61,207 bases of DNA from Octopus sinensis (taxonomy: Eukaryota), in NCBI RefSeq assembly GCF_006345805.1, contig NW_021832386.1, positions 1 to 61,207 of the forward strand. Direction: 5' to 3'. This document shows positions 12,446-24,656 of the stretch, one piece after another. Positions within the stretch are counted from its first letter, which is position 1. Every line of letters begins with the position of its first letter. The notes under the pieces are model-generated. The model saw only the letters and a list, made by a program, of their open reading frames with translations. It was not told the DNA's origin and did no database searches. The position numbers were made by a program, and so were the translations under genes.

Positions 12446-12942
12446 CATAATATATATATTTAGGGGTAGTTGTGGCATATATGTGTATGTATATATATGT
12501 GTGTGTACACATTTTTGAATACATACGGCATGTATGTATGTATGTATGTATGTATGTATGTATGTATGTATGTATGTATGTATGTATGTATGTATGTATG
12601 TGTGTGTTTTGCGCGAGCGCGTATGTATGTGTATATTACCTTAAAGTTGTAGAGGGAATATTTTTGATTGATGAAGTTGAAAACAAATTTATATTTTGCT
12701 TTCGTCTCACACATACGCACTCTCGCATTGGTACAAACAAACACACTCACACGCATACACACACATATATATACCGGTTTCAAACCCACACACGCATAAA
12801 TATATGAATATATATTTAGATATATATACATAGATACTTATGTGTGTGTGTGTGTGTGCGTATGTGTGTATGCATATATATGAATTTATATGCATATAAA
12901 TGTATGTGTATATGTGTATAATCACACACGGCATATATATAT

Positions 12943-12978
<36 letters not shown>

Positions 12979-13212
12979 TTTGTTAGTTTTCTCCATGACG
13001 TTACATGTTCAAGATCAGCTATGCAAAGAAAGGAAGGAAGGAAGGAAGGAAGGAAGGAAAGAAGGAAGGAAGGAAGGAAGGAAAGAAGGAAGGAAGGAAG
13101 GAAGGGAGGAAGGAAGGAAGGAAGGAAGAGCGAAGAAAGAATTACAATTTGGGATAGAATGGACGGAAGGAAGAAAAAACTGAAAATGTTCCTGTATTTA
13201 GAGTAAACAATA

Positions 13213-13244
<32 letters not shown>

Positions 13245-13380
13245 TCATACATACATATATATACATGTATGTATATGTATATATATATACATATATATGT
13301 ATATTTATATATATATACACGCACATACATTCATACATCCATATATATATATATATACATATACATTGATACATACATAT

Positions 13381-13456
<76 letters not shown>

Positions 13457-14053
13457 ATGTATGTATATATATATATATTATACATATACATTGATACATA
13501 CATATATATATACATATACATTGATACATACATATATATATACATATATATGTATATTTATATATATATACATATACGTATGGCATATATATATATATTA
13601 TATAAAAAATATACACACATACATTCACACATACATATATATATACATAATGTATGTATATATTATATTATATATATATATATTATACATATACATTGAT
13701 ACATACATATATATATACATATATATGTATATATATATATATATATACATACATACATACATACCTACATATATATACATATATAAATGTGTGTGTGTGT
13801 GTGTGTGTAAACGAATAAACAGAAGTAAACAAAATAAGTAAAAAAAAATGGTATGGAATCCAAACTGACAGACAGGTGAGTATTGGAAATGGTTTTTGAC
13901 GGTGAAAGGAACAGCGATAGGTTGATAGTTGTAGTAGTTGTGGTAGTAGGAGTTGTCTGGTGATGAAAATGGTGGTGGTGGTGGTGGTGGTGGTGGTATT
14001 TTTGGCGGTGATAAGTACATTACCAACAACAGCGGTAAGAACTGTAACAGTAA

Positions 14054-14086
<33 letters not shown>

Positions 14087-14118
14087 GTGTTGTGGTAGTG
14101 GTGGTGGTGGTGGTGGTG

Positions 14119-14529
14119 CTAGTGCCGGCAAAAGCGGGGGGTTTCCCTTCTCTCCTTTGTTATGAAGAAAAGGCCTTTAGATGATTTGTGTCTCCACACA
14201 GATAACAGGTTGACCACGTGGAGGTTGGCGCCATCTGGTGAATTAATGATGTCCGGAATTGCTTCCAGACGTTTGTTATCCATTTGCACCCAGAACTCCA
14301 AGCCTTTCCCCAACCAGTTTTGTTTACTCTGTTTCCGCACCTCTATGATACTCGTTTTATCCTCCATGCCACCCAGGAGGACAACTACCACCAACCAGCT
14401 GGTGGTGGTGCTGCTGCTGCTGCTATTGGTTCTCTTGCTACTACCTCTTTCCATGTTTGCCAATTTCGCCTGCAAAACTACCTCCTGCCATTCCCTCCCT
14501 TCTTCGTTTAGCGAAGAAGACACCGCCAT
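14119..14529 (-). CDS. Candidate orphan ORF or first coding exon (136 aa), unidentified
   Basis: Mostly non-microsatellite ORF, relatively GC-rich, with start context AAAATTCAAC-ATG-GCG and a TATAAG about 90 bp upstream. No recognisable domain and no clear splice donor. Confidence 0.25.
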   Translation of the reverse strand: MAVSSSLNEEGREWQEVVLQAKLANMERGSSKRTNSSSSSTTTSWLVVVVLLGGMEDKTSIIEVRKQSKQNWLGKGLEFWVQMDNKRLEAIPDIINSPDGANLHVVNLLSVWRHKSSKGLFFITKERRETPRFCRH

Positions 14530-15173
14530 GTTGAATTTTTAAACACCATTTCAAAAGGGAAACAGTTTTCCTTTGAAATTTTGCCCTTTAGGGCAGCTGG
14601 CAGTACATTTTGCTCAGACCCTTATAGTCTGCTCAAAGTAAGGACACACAATAAAACAAAAGGGAACACAAACATAGACTTAAAACAATTGGGTAACTCA
14701 CATAGTTACCTAGTCCTTGCGATAAACAACAACAACAAAAATAATAATTGATTCTGTTATTGGCCACAAGGGCTCACATACAAAACATACATGCAACAAC
14801 ATAAAAGACAAAAACAGGACGATACAAAGGGATTTACAGCGTGTAAAGAATATAAATAACAATTAAACAAGTTTAAGCTCCCAATAGGAGCGGACGAAAT
14901 GCCGCTTAGCATTTCGTCCTTCGTTCTAACGATTCTACAGACTCGCTGCTTTAAGAATAATAACACTCTCACACCCATCTCCTTCTATTCTATTCTCCTA
15001 TGAAAATATTCATGCAGGCCTTCGTTTTGTTTAGTGCTGTATTTTTACAGTGAAATTTCCATGAATAGAGCCGGCAACATTTGTTTATGTGACAAAGTTT
15101 TATGCTTACGTAATTCATGCTTTCCCGCTCTCATGAAACACGTGTAAATTGTATAAACTATTACTTTGTGTTC

Positions 15174-15212
<39 letters not shown>

Positions 15213-15467
15213 CATACATACATACATACATAATATACATACATACATACATACATACATATACAAATACATATTCATACATATATATATGCATTCATAC
15301 ACATATACATATTTATATTTGTGTTTATGTATATGAGTATGTATATATGTGTGTGTGTGTGTGTGTGTGTTTGTGTTTATATTATGTATTTATGTGTGCA
15401 TATATGCACAGACACATATGCATACATATATACATCACAGAACCTCCAATATCTATCTATCTATCTA

Positions 15468-15502
<35 letters not shown>

Positions 15503-15757
15503 TCTGTACATTCCTACCACTCTCTCCGCTGAGGATCGTGGGCGAAAGATCCGAAACTATAACGAATCCAATAAGCAACAGGAAGTTCGATTTCAATCAG
15601 GATTAGCACTAAGAGGATTATTTTAACTCCTTACTTCATGTTTCACACATTTACAAATCTATTTTACATCGCTTGTAACCCGACACGCAATACACACATG
15701 CATACATACATACATACATACATATATACATACATACATATATATATACATACATAC

Positions 15758-15809
<52 letters not shown>

Positions 15810-15817
15810 AATATATA

Positions 15818-15856
<39 letters not shown>

Positions 15857-16196
15857 TGTATATATGGAGGCTTTTGTTTTCTTCAACGGGATCCGTTTCA
15901 CGTTATAAGTCAATGTAAAAATAGCTGATGTTTCAGTAGAAGTTGACGATTCTTTAATGGGATAAAAACGATATTATTTTGCTTTTCTTGGGTCTTACCG
16001 ATTCTGACACGAGAACTTCACTGCCGTCTCTTAGGAATAACCATTTTTACTTAAATCTATTTTATTTTATTTTATTTTATTTTAGTCGTTTATTATTTCA
16101 TGAACGTTAAATTTATTCGACAACGAAACAATTTTTTTTTCTGTTTGTTGAAGATTTTACTTCTGGTACTTTTTAATCTTGCATTGTTATTATCTA

Positions 16197-16248
<52 letters not shown>

Positions 16249-16380
16249 TTATACCTGTTGCTGTTGTGATAAGAAGAAGGATAAGATAGAGGAAGGAGGA
16301 GGAGGAGGAGGAGGATTATTGAACAGAAGTAGAAGTAGTAGTAGTGATAGCTATGGTAGTTTTCGTATTGTCGTTACTGC

Positions 16381-16411
<31 letters not shown>

Positions 16412-17469
16412 TATCGTTTTTTGTGTATATATATATATTATTTTGTTTATATATATTTATTTTTCCCTCCATTATTGCATTTCTGCTGAAGGCTATTTCA
16501 GGAATATTTCAAAATTGATAGACCAATTTCCGTAATCCAGATTAACACACAAGAATAAGCTTTTGCACACACAAACGCATGCGCACCAAAACGTCAACAC
16601 ACACATATAGAAATACACGTTTCTATACACATGTGTTTGTATGTGCGTGTATGTGTATGTATGTGGTTGCATGTATGTATGTATATATTCATTTATATAT
16701 ATACAAATAAAGATAAATATATATATACGCATATATGTTGACAAATGTACATGTATGTTTTTACATAGATATGTATATGTGTGTGTGCGTGCGTGTGTGT
16801 GTGTATATATATATATATACCTTTATGCATGGGGATATATGTGTGTGTGTGTGTAAATATATGTATGCGCATGAAGATATGATGTGTGTATATGTATATA
16901 CACACATATACAATACATATGCGTAGATATATAGATATACATACGTGCATATATACATAAATATGCATAGAAATATATATAGATATATTTATATATAAAT
17001 TACACACTCGCATGTATATACACACACACATTTTCAATACAGACACACATGCGCACACGCATATACGTACGTATTTATGTATTTATGTATGTATGTACGT
17101 ATGCATGTATCTATGTAGGTATACCTATGCATATATATTTAAAAAAATGTCATGTTCAATAGTTCAACGGAGAAGAAATAGCAGATCGACTTTGACAGAA
17201 CAATAGAAGAAATAAAACACAAACCGCCAGCAAAACATTCATCTGGAGGTTATCAATCAAATGTTTGGCCAATGTAAGATATAATCTGAATGTTATTTTC
17301 TCTCCCCACCATGGCACAGCCTTCCCATCATGCATCTTCTCTACCGACATTGTGTACAGTATGTGCGTTAATGTTGCGGGATTCTTTTTCCGACTGAAAT
17401 TTCTTTTCAGTAGTTTCTGATGACAGTGCTTGAAAGCACTTGTATATATATGTATACATACATACACAT

Positions 17470-17559
<90 letters not shown>

Positions 17560-18430
17560 GGGAGTAAATCCAAACTTACAGGGAAAAATTAGATTTAGGA
17601 ATAAATCTAATTTCACAGTATAAATATAAATTAAATTAGAGATAAAACCACTATTAGGCAAATCAAACAGTGAAAAGCATAAACCAAAACATAAAAATAA
17701 AAATAAGTAATATAATATACAAAATATATAAAAAAATTAAATTATTTAAATTTAAAATCAAAATTATTAATTTATATTTATAATTTTTTTTTTAATAAAA
17801 AGTAAAACCACTACGTACGTTTCATGCCCATAAACCTAATTCGAATTACAATAATTTAAATTCAATTAATAATTCGAATTATGGTTATAGTCAATCTTCA
17901 GGTTAAAGATAATAGTTAGATAAATAAGTAAATATATTTAAACAATATTTTTTAAGAAAGAAATAAAATAATAATTTTCCTTTAAAAAACTCTATTATCA
18001 AACTAGGAACTTTAACGATTATGATTATGTCATACAATCCAATTATAATGTTAAATATTAATTTTTAAGGTAAGAATACATAGAAAATGTATTTATCTAT
18101 TCAGATATAATATGGCTTTAAAAAACATAATAAACTCACGAATAACCTAATCTCAGTTATAGTCAATATCTAATTACCTAATTATTTAACAAAAAAATAA
18201 TCAAAAGAATAATCACTATTCATATTATTAAATTTAAGTTCAAATCAAATAATTATAAAATATTTGAATAATAACTAAATTATCAATAAATATATATAAA
18301 TATATATATAAATATAAGAATTAAGATCTAAAATTATCTCTATCAATAAATATATATATGCGTATATTAAAAAGCTAAATTAATTAATTATTCATTATTA
18401 CTTATGAAATATATTAAACATTAAAAGATT
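17560..18430 (-). repeat. AT-rich dispersed repeat, probably a Penelope-like pseudo-LTR region
   Basis: 17615-17790 recurs inverted at about 24190-24350, and the region carries a hammerhead-like core. The Penelope assignment rests on that motif. Confidence 0.5.
17808..17905 (-). ncRNA. Type I minimal hammerhead ribozyme-like motif (degenerate)
   Basis: Minus strand: TAAC-CTGAAGA-[long stem II]-GAAAC-GTAC-GTA-GTGG, giving both conserved core boxes, a palindromic stem III (ACGTACGT) and a GUA cleavage triplet. Stem I and the stem II closing pair are imperfect. Confidence 0.55.
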
Positions 18431-18873
18431 AAAGATGAAAAAGCAAATTGTAAACAAATAAACTATCTTAAAATAATTAAAAAATATAAAAAGATATTTT
18501 CAAAATATTAAAAAAATATTTTAAAAATGTTTGAATATATAAAAAATATTTTTTAAATATAAAAAAATATTAAAAAATATAGAAAAATATTAAAAAATAT
18601 AAAAATATATAATAAAGATATTAAAAAAATATAAAAAAGTATTTAAAAAATATAAAAATATAAAAAAATAGAAGAAAGACGTGTTTTTTTCGTTCTCTGA
18701 AACAACCAAAAAGGGGTTGCATAAATCGACGAAATAATCTGCTAAACTGATAAAAACGTAGAACTTGTTATCTCATAACAGTCTACAAAAAATATATTAA
18801 TTAAAAACCGTAATATATTTCGCTACAAGCCAAATATAATACATTATAGTCAGTTATGGAAGCGAGATTTTCG

Positions 18874-19598
18874 TCGAAAAAGCACGTTGTTTGCAAGTCG
18901 TATTTTTATTTCCAGCCGTATGTAAGAAGCAAAAATTGTTCTCTTTTCTTTTTTCAAAGAAAACTTCGTACAAGGACAAGGATTTGGAAGTTTTACCTCT
19001 TGCAAATAAGTATCCTTTACATTTGTTTATTTTCCTTTAATTTAAGTTAATATCTGAGCTACGATTTCATCTTTGTTTACTTTCTGGGAATAATTCTCTT
19101 TTTTCTTTCAACTTATGTCACAGTGACCACTTACTTCGTTTTCAACCTAATTTTCACGTTATCTCTTTAAAGTTATTTAGAAATATAAAGTTATTTAGAA
19201 AATATAAATTTAGAAATATAAATCTTTAGTTTAGAATTATTTACTTCTTTCGAAAAAGTACGTGGTTGCGAGTCGTATTTTTATTTCCAGGCAAAAGAAT
19301 TATTTTCTTTTCATTTTTGAAAGAAAACTTCGTACAAGGACAAGGACAAGGACTTGGAGTTTTGCCGCTTGCAAATAAATATCCTTTTCATTTGCTTATT
19401 TTCCTTTAATTTAAGTTAATATCTGAGCTACGATTTCATCTTTGTTTACTTTCTGAGAATAATTTTCTTTTTTCTTTCAACTTCTGTTACAGCGTCCACT
19501 TCGCTTTCAATCTTTTTTCACTCTATCTCTTTAATTTTACTTAGAAATCCTTTTTAGTAATATAATCGTAGTTAGTTTAGAATTATCTATTTCTTTCG
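18874..19598. repeat. Diverged tandem duplication, period about 376 bp
   Basis: Units start TCGAAAAAG(C/T)ACG at 18874 and 19250 and share long blocks such as TTAATTTAAGTTAATATCTGAGCTACGATTTCATCTTTGTTTACTTTCTG. Confidence 0.9.
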
Positions 19599-19599
19599 C

Positions 19600-20290
19600 T
19601 TCTCCATTCTCTTCATATCTACCCTCTTCTCCTCTCCTCCCTTACATATATTCCCCCCACTTCCAGCTCCTCTCTTTACGCCTACTCTTTCTCTCTCTCT
19701 TGCATATCTTACTCTTTTTCTCATCTTTCTCCCTCCCCTCCATATCCTCCTCTTTTCTCACTTCTCTTTCCCTTCCATCTCACATCTACCTCCTGTCATG
19801 CCACCATCTCTTTCATATACTTCTCCTTTGCCCATTCCTCTCACTCCGTTTCTCCCTCTCTCTCACATCCTTCATCTTTTCCTGTCTCTCTTTCTCTTGC
19901 CATCCTCTCCCTCCCTCTGTCTCTCTTTCTCTTCCTCTCCTCTCCTTCACTCTGTCTCTCTCTTTCTCTTCCTCTCCTCTCCCTCCCTCTGTTTTCTCGT
20001 TCTCTTCCTCTCCTCTCCTTCACTCTGCCTCTCTTTCTCTTCCCCTCTTCTCCTTCACTCTGTCTCTCCTTCTATTCCCCTCCTCTCCTCCTCCCCTACC
20101 TTCCTCTATCTCTTTAACACACAACGCCCCCTTGCTTTCCTCCTATCACCCTTTCGATTTCTTTCATAGCACCTCTCTCTTTCCTTCCTATCTCCCTCTC
20201 TCTTTCCCTATTTCCCCCCTCTGTGTTTCTCCGTCTCTACATCTCTCTATCCCTCATTACCTCTGTAGCCTCTACTCCCCCTCTGGACCT
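19600..20290. repeat. CT-rich polypyrimidine low-complexity tract
   Basis: Largely C/T on the + strand, with CTCT/CTTC/CTCC repeats. Confidence 0.92.
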
Positions 20291-20300
20291 CAAAACGAAG

Positions 20301-21074
20301 ATGACACCAAAGTGGGAAAAGAAAGAGTTAAATCTTCTGCTGAGAGCATGAACGATTGCTAGTGGCCATCCGCCGAACAACATCATCACTGCCGCGCTAA
20401 AGAACAATGGATTTCATAGAACCATTGACCAAATTGAACGAAAACAAGGTGAATGTATTCGGTCTTACATGCTTATAAGACCACACATCAAAACACTGGA
20501 TAACATAATTGAAAATTAAAGAGAAGGAAGCTGGAAGTCTCTGTGATCCAGGGGTTCCTCAGGAAAATGGATCACCTACCCCGGTGAACGACCAGGTAGT
20601 GAAGGATAGAGGAGCCAAGGGAGCAGAAACCGGAAGCCCCCCTGTACCAGTGGTCCTACAAAGAAATGAAAAATTAGAAAAACAAAAATAAGGAGGGAAA
20701 AGGAGGAAAAGGCAAAACAACCAAAGCTGAAACCCCGACCCCCGACACAAACAGCAGAGAACCCCATGGGGGATCCAATGCCACCCAGTACACTTCAGGA
20801 AAGAAGAAATCTGGAAGGCACCGAAGAACCTGTAAGTTCTACCTGCGGGGCAAATGTTGGCATGGTGAAGACGGCAAAAACTGCCGGTTCGCCCACCCGA
20901 CACCCCGCCAGAACTTCAGGGCACTCAAAGAGAAGAGCTCTACTGGGGGAACACAAGAAATGTCTCCCAGGAAAACTTTCAAAAACGAAGTGCGCTCCTC
21001 AGATGTTCTGCGCAACGCAGCAGCTGAGCAAGAGTCTTTTTTATGCATGGCGCAAAGAATTGTCCGGCAGCTAA
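20301..21074 (+). pseudogene. LINE ORF1 remnant with Myb/SANT-like start and CCCH zinc finger
   Basis: From ATG 20301: MTPKWEKKELNLLLRA*TIAS...ITAALKNNGFHRTIDQIERK. At 20831-20899: CKFYLRGKCWHGEDGKNCRFAHP. Several stops and frameshifts. Confidence 0.6.
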
Positions 21075-24000
21075 CCTGGCTACACCAAGCACAGAGAAGG
21101 AACCCTGCCCACCACTATGCAAGACCACCACAGTCAACAGACACGGGATGGCCTCCCCTAACGCCTTCACATCCGTCACCCCAATACTTTTACTAAATAT
21201 TGGGGGCCTGTTGCATCAAAATAGAAACAAAATTTCTTTCCTGAGAAATCTTACTGCATGCAATCAAGCCCTATGCATAGCACTTGTGGAAACTCACCTC
21301 AACCCTGATATGAGGACGCAGAAGTACACATACCAAACTATGCCATGCTGCGAACAGACAGAAGGGAAAGGAGCCATGGTGGAGTTGATGTATACATCCG
21401 AGATGACCTCACACCCCAGGTCTTAATGACATACTCAAATTCGGTATGTGACACTTTAATTGTATACATAAGACAACATAATATAGTCATATGCAATACA
21501 TATTGCCCACCGGATGCCCCAAATCACATAGGCAAGTTTGAAGATTGCCTCACAAGAATTAAAGAAATCCTCATGAATCTGGAACACCACGTGACCATAT
21601 TTATTATGGGTGATTTCAACTTCCCCAACGTCAAATGGCCCGAAGGTCACATACTCTCAGGAATTAATCATTGCAAGCAAGTACAGGTGGAGTCCCTGCT
21701 CAACCTCACCAATGCCTTATTCATGGAGCAAGTTGTACTCAAGCCAACTAGGGCGAATAACATTCTGGATCTCTGCTTCACGAACAATATGGACATCATT
21801 CATTATGTGAAAGTGACACCGACATCAGTTTCGGATCACAACATAATAGAGCTGTCTATGTTTGGGCCAAAAGTAACCAGAGACATACAACCTAAAGGAA
21901 GCACCCGAAATCTCTCCAATCTGAACTTCCACAAAGCAGATTGGAAATCGATCCAAAAAGAGATCCTCTGAGAGGACTGGCCGGAATGTCTCTTCACACC
22001 AGACATTGACATGAAACTAGAATGTTTCATGTCTTCTGAGCAAGCCGTATGCCAGAAATATGTCCCAGAGCACAATGCCAAAACAAATAGGAGCAAGATT
22101 CCAAGAGACAGGAAGATCCTCATGAGACGACGGACGAAGGTTGCAAATCGTCTTAACCAACATCCCAAAAGTAGCGAAACATTTCGCCTAAAAACAACAC
22201 TGAGGGAGATCGAAAAAAGGCTGCAACAATCCTATGTGAAGGAGAAAGCAGACAAAGAAGCCTGGGTTATAAAAAACATTAAATCAAACCCAAAAGCCTT
22301 CTTTCATTACGCGAAAGAAACAGTCTCAGTGCACTACAAGATAAGACCCCTCCTCCAAAAGGATGGCTCCCTCACAGACAGTCCAACTAAGATCAGTGAG
22401 ATGCTGAATAACCAATTCAAAAGTGTCTTTACCACCCCGTTGAAACACAGACAAGTGAACGAACCAGTGGACGTCTTTGCCGCCTCACCTATAACCAGCG
22501 AGGCGGTTACAATAGTATATATTGACATTAGCGAAAAAGATGTCCTACTAGCCATAGATGAAGTGGACACAAACTCAGCTGCTGGTCCAGATGGTTTCCC
22601 AGCCATCCTCCTCAAAGCGTGTAAGCATGCCCTGGCAAAACCCCTCAAGATTCTCTTCCATAGCTTTCTTGCGAATGGCAAACTGCCAAGCAAGCTGAAG
22701 GAGGGAATAATATGCCCAATACATAAAGGGGGAAGTAGAGCAGATGCCAAAAATTATAGGCCTATCTCTCTGACTTCACACATCAGCAAAGTCATGGAAC
22801 GGATAGTCAGAAAGAAACTAATCGCATTCCTTGAGGAAAATAACTTGCTGAGTGATACCCAGCATGGTTTTCGACCAGGTAGGAGCTGCCTGACCCAGCT
22901 CTTACAACGTTATGACTGGGTGTTGAGGCAGTTACTCAACAAATCAAATGTGGACGTAATCTACCTTGATTTTGCAAAAGCTTTTGACAAGGTGGATCAC
23001 GGTATGATATGCCACAAACTACGTGACTTCGGCATAGCTGGAAAACTTGGAGTGTGGTTACATGACTTCCTGAAAAATAGGAGTCAGGCAGTAGTGGTTA
23101 ATGGAGCCACCTCTATGAACACACAAATAGTGAGCGGTGTTCCACAGGGCACTGTCTTGGGACCACTGCTTTTTATAGTGGCCCTCTCAGATATGCCCTC
23201 AAATGCCCGGATAGCCACTCTGGCCATCTATGCAGACGATACGAAAGTCTCGCAGAAAATACAGAACCCCAGCGATGTTGCACACCTACAGCAGAAGTTG
23301 GACTCAATCTACAGATGGGCTGAGGATAATAATATGCAGTTTAATGCTGAAAAATTCCAAGCCCTGCGCTACCAGGATCCAAAACTGAATATTAAACTTA
23401 CAGGATACGCCGGTCCACAGGGAATTTCAATCCCAGAGCCTAAGTCTGTGAGAGACCTGGGTATCGACATGAGTGATGATACCTCTTTCCAAGTGCACAT
23501 TACCAGGATGGCGACAAAGTGCAGACGACTGGCTGGGTGGATCCTAAGAACATTCAGAACCAGAGATAAGGAAACCATGATGGTCCTCTGGCGGACATTC
23601 GTCCTCAGCCGCCTCGATTACTGCTCACAGCTATGGTCACCCACCAGTGTAAAATTAACAGCGGACTTTGAAGCAATCCAGAGACGATTCACAAAGAAGA
23701 TCGTCTCTTTGCAACAGCTCAGCTACTGGGAAAGGTTGAAACAGCTAAGACTCTACTCCCTGGAGAGAAGACGAGAGAAGTATGCAGTAATATATGTGTA
23801 GAAGATCCTGGAAGAAACTGTGCCAAATTTTGACATTGTAAGCTACACCAATGCTAGAACGGGACGACACTGCATAGTGCCAAAGATCTCAGCAATGCCA
23901 TCACGCTTCAGGACCAGCTTCTGCAACAGCCTGGATTTCAAGGGCCCACAGCTTTTTAATATTCTCCCAAAGAGTCTGAGGAACTTGCACAAAGTAGATG

Positions 24001-24100
24001 TAGCGGTTTTTAAATCAAAGCCGGACATCTTCCTGTCGAGAGTCCCAGATGAATCTACCTCACGGCAAGAGGTGCAAATGAGAGTAGCTATATCAAACTT
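20301..24100 (+). mobile_element. Near full-length CR1-clade LINE (ORF1 and ORF2), inactivated, 3' end missing
   Basis: ORF2 remnants carry an APE endonuclease (LLLNIGGL, ALVETHL, IMGDFNFP, NILDLCF, SDHNII) and an RT (NYRPISLTS, QHGFRPGRSC, YLDFAKAFDKVDH, SGVPQGTVLGPLLF, YADDTK). ORF1 remnants lie upstream. Confidence 0.93.
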
Positions 24101-24110
24101 TTTTTATTAA
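21148..24110 (+). pseudogene. CR1 ORF2 (AP endonuclease and reverse transcriptase), disrupted
   Basis: Frameshift near 21315 and in-frame stops at 21969-21971 and 23799-23801; the 596-aa RT block is otherwise open. Confidence 0.92.
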
Positions 24111-24350
24111 ACTTTTTAATACTTTTTGATAGTTATGTATATTTAATAAAAAAAAATAATAATAAAAAAAATAATAATAAATAAAAATTTATAAATATAG
24201 ATTAATAATTTTGATTTTAAATTTAAATAATTAAATTTTTATATATTTTGTATATCATATTAATTATTTTTATTTTTAAGTTTTGGTTTATGTTTTTCAC
24301 TGTTTGATTTGCCTAATAGTGGCTTTATCTCTAATTTAATTTATATATAT
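24110..24350 (+). repeat. Second copy of the AT-rich repeat, inverted relative to 17.6-17.8 kb
   Basis: TTTTCACTGTTTGATTTGCCTAATAGTGGCTTTATCTCTAATTTAATTTATAT is close to the reverse complement of about 17625-17677. Confidence 0.85.
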
Positions 24351-24495
24351 AAGCAAGAATATTATTGATAGGGGCTTCGAAGTTTCAGCCACTTTAAAAA
24401 TGATAAATTTGTACTCCTCCAAAGTATAGAATAACCAAGTAGATTAATTAATGTAAAATTGTTTTTATTATAACAGAACATAATAATAGATTTTA

Positions 24496-24496
<1 letters not shown>

Positions 24497-24576
<80 letters not shown>

Positions 24577-24590
24577 CAGATAGATAGATA

Positions 24591-24653
<63 letters not shown>
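24497..24653. repeat. Compound (GATA)n(GATT)n microsatellite
   Basis: Directly visible in the sequence. Confidence 0.95.
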
Positions 24654-24654
<1 letters not shown>

Positions 24655-24656
24655 TA

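Noticed and set aside
13861-13885. Perfect splice donor CAG|GTGAGT
   Set aside because: No plausible upstream acceptor or exon; it is preceded by microsatellite and A-rich sequence, and single 9-mers are expected by chance.
14755-14770. CCAAT box upstream of the 14529 ORF
   Set aside because: It lies in the 3' tail of a family 2 SINE (same tail type as about 45170), so it is not independent promoter evidence.
15525-15560. Hammerhead-like CTGA-GGATC...GATCC-GAAAC
   Set aside because: It lacks the NGA of CUGANGA once stem II is formed, and has no GUH cleavage triplet or stem III.
17560-18660. Possible NUMT (mitochondrial control region) because of extreme AT content
   Set aside because: No mitochondrial tRNA, rRNA or gene fragments nearby; a second copy and the hammerhead motif favour a nuclear retroelement repeat.
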